A DNA stretch of 64,000 bases from the NCBI GenBank assembly GCA_965204735.1, contig OZ242008.1, forward strand, positions 2,752,001 to 2,816,000, in the 5' to 3' direction. The translations under genes were made by a program, and so were the position numbers. The DNA comes from Longimicrobiales bacterium (lineage in GTDB: Bacteria; Gemmatimonadota; Gemmatimonadetes; Longimicrobiales; Gaopeijiaceae). Shown piece by piece: positions 53,601 through 56,600 of this stretch (positions are counted from its first letter, which is position 1; each line of letters begins with the position of its first letter). The notes beneath the pieces are model-generated. The model was given only the letters and a program-made list of their open reading frames with translations. It had not been told where the DNA came from and searched no databases.

Positions 53601-56600
53601 GTCCGTCGTACCGCCCGCCTCGTCGATCGTCCCGCCGTTCAGCGCCAGCGCGCTCGCCCCGATGCTCAACCCGTCGGCGTCCGCGTCCGCCTGCACCACC
53701 ACGTATCGGAACACCAGCGACGCCGTGCCCGTGCCGCTCGCATACGCTGCCTGCTTTGTCGCCGCGCCGATCGTCAGCGCCAGCTGCGGCGTCCCCGTCA
53801 CGTCCACCGCCTTGGTGAACGTGACCGTGACCTCGATCCGCTCGCCGCGCTCGAAGGTGTCGCCCACCGCCGGCGACCCGACGGCCACGCCCGCCACCCT
53901 CGGCGGACCCCGGGCGCCGTCCACCTTGTGGGCCGCGGCAGCGGCGACCGCGTTCGCGCCCAGGCCCAAGCTCGCCGCCGTGCTCCCGTCGCGGGCGTCG
54001 GCGATCCCACCGCCGTTCAACGCCAGCGCGCTTGCGCCGATGCCGACGCCGGTCGAGTCCGCGTCCGCCGCCATCACCGTGTAGCGGAACGTCAGCGACG
54101 CCGTGCCCGTGCCGGAGGTGTAGTTCGCCTGGCGCGTCTGCGTCCCGATCGTCAGGGCCAGCTGCGGCGTCCCCGTCACAGTCACGCGGCGGTTGAACGT
54201 CGCCTGCACCTCGATCACCTCGTCAAAGCCGTAGGTGCTGTCGCTGGCCGGGCTGCTCGTGATCGACACGCCGCTGACCGCCGCCGCCGTGAACGTCCCA
54301 CCCGCCACCTTGTGGCCCGAACTGTTCGCTACCGCGTGACTGCCCAGCCCCAGCCGCGCGTCCGTCGTCCCGCCCGCCGCGTCGATCGTCCCGCCGTTCA
54401 GCGCCAGCGCGCTCGCCCCGACGCTCAACCCGTCGGCGTCGGCGTCCGCCTGCACCACCACATAGCGGAAGACCAGCGACGCCGTGCCCGTGCCCGAGAC
54501 GTAGGCGGCCTGGCGCGTGGTCGCGCCGATCGTCAGCGCCAGCTGCGGCGTCCCCGTCACGTCCACCGCCCTGTTGAACGTCAACGTCGCGGCAATCGTG
54601 TCGCCCCGCTCGAAGGTGTCGCCCACCGGCGGCGAGCCCAACACCAAGCCGCCGACCCCAGGCGCACCCTGGCTGGCGTCCACCTTGTGGGCGGCGGCGT
54701 TCGCGATTGCATGGTGCCCCAGCGCCAAGCTCGCGTTCGTGGCCGTGTCGCCCTGCAACGCGATCTTCCCTCCGTTCAACGTCAGCGCGTTCGCCCCAAC
54801 GCCGATCCCGTCGGCGTCCGCATCGGACACCTGCACCCGGTAGCCGAACTCGAGGAACTCCGTCCCCGTTCCCGAAGCGTAGCTCGCCTGTCGCGTCTGC
54901 GACCCGATCGCCAGGGCCAGCCGCGGCGTGCCCGTCACGGCCACGGCCCTGCTGAACTCCACCCGCACCCGAATGTTCTCAAAGAACCCGTAGGTGTCCC
55001 CGCTGGCCGGCGAGCTGACGATCCTCAGGCTCCTCGCCGAGGGCGCCGTCGAGCTGCCGCCGTTCACCTTGGTGTCGGTTGCAACGGGCGACCCCGCGTG
55101 CTTGAGCGGCGCGTCGCGTTGCGAGCCGGCAACCTTGATCGTGCCGCCGTTCAGCCGCAGTCCGTTGGGCGGGATGTGGATCCCGTCCGTGTCCCTGTCC
55201 GCCGGCTGGACAAAGTACGAGAAGTAGACGACGCCCGGCCCCGACGTGCCCAGCTCGACCGTCTTCACCGCGTCGTAGTTCGCGTAGCGGGTCTGCGCCC
55301 CGACGGCAATCGCGATCTGGGGCGTGCCCGTGACGTCTATGCCAACGATCCGCCGTCGGTTGGAGTCGGTCCAGAGGCCAAAGACCAGGATCCTGTCTCC
55401 GAGTTCGCAAGTATCGCCGGTCTCGGGACAGCTCAGGCCAGACACGCCCACGCCACGCATGATGATGCTGACTTGACTTCCATCCACCTTGTGGCGGGCG
55501 CTGTTGGCAATAGCGTGCCTCCCGAGACCCAGGTTCGCGTCCACCGCATTGGATCCGACATGCTTTATCGTCCCGCCGTTCAGCGTCAGCGCGCTCGCCC
55601 CGATGCTGATCCCCGTCGTGTCCACGTCCGTGGCCGCCACCGAGTAGTGGAACGCCAGCGCGTTCGTGCCCGTCCCGCTCGCGTACTCCGCCTGCCGCGT
55701 CTGCGTGCCGATCGTCAGCGCCAGCCGAGGCGTGCCCGTAACCGCGACCGTACGATCCCACCTCACCGTGACGACGATCCGGTCGCCCAAGGTGAACGTG
55801 AAGTCCGGCGTGCTGTTCAGCGACAGTGCGCTCACCGACGGCCGGGTCGTTCGACCGCCGTTCACCTTGTGGGACAGCGTGTTTGGGATAGCCCGGGGGA
55901 GCGTCAAGGCGGCCGCCGAATCGTTGACGGCGTCGTTGATCGTCCCGCCGTTCAGCGTCAGCGCGTTGGTCGCGACGCTGATCCCGTCCGCGTCCACGTC
56001 CGACGCCTGCACCTTGTAGCGGAAGTGGGTGCGGGTGCCCGAAGCGCTCTCGTAGTAATCCGCCTGCCGCGTCCGCGACCCGATCGTCACCGCCAGTTGG
56101 GGCGTGCCCGTAACTGCAACCGCGCGATTCCAGGACACCCTGAACGCGATTTCCTCCCCCAGCTCGTACGTTTGGTCGGCCGGCGGGCTGCTCAAGATCT
56201 GCACCGCGGTCGCCGCCGGCACGGGCGCTCGGCTGCCGTCCACCTTGTGCGCCGCAACGTTCGAGACCGCGTGCGCGCCGAAGCCCCTGTTCGCTTGCGT
56301 CGTGCCGTTCGCCGCCAAGTTGATCGTACCGATGGTCCGCGCCAAGCTGTTGATGTGGAGGCTCAACCCGTCGCTGTCCCGGTCCACCGCTCGAACCGTG
56401 TAGCGGAAGTTCAACGTCGTGGCGCCTCCTGTGCACCCCGGGCAATGGTAGCGCGCCGCCGGAAACTCGGTCCCGATGAGCAGTGTCACTATCGGCTCGC
56501 CGGTAACCACGACAGGACGGTCGAAGTCGACAGCCACCTCGATTTGCTCGCCCAGCCCGTAGGTGCTGCCGCTGGCTGGCCTGCTCGTGATCCGCACGTC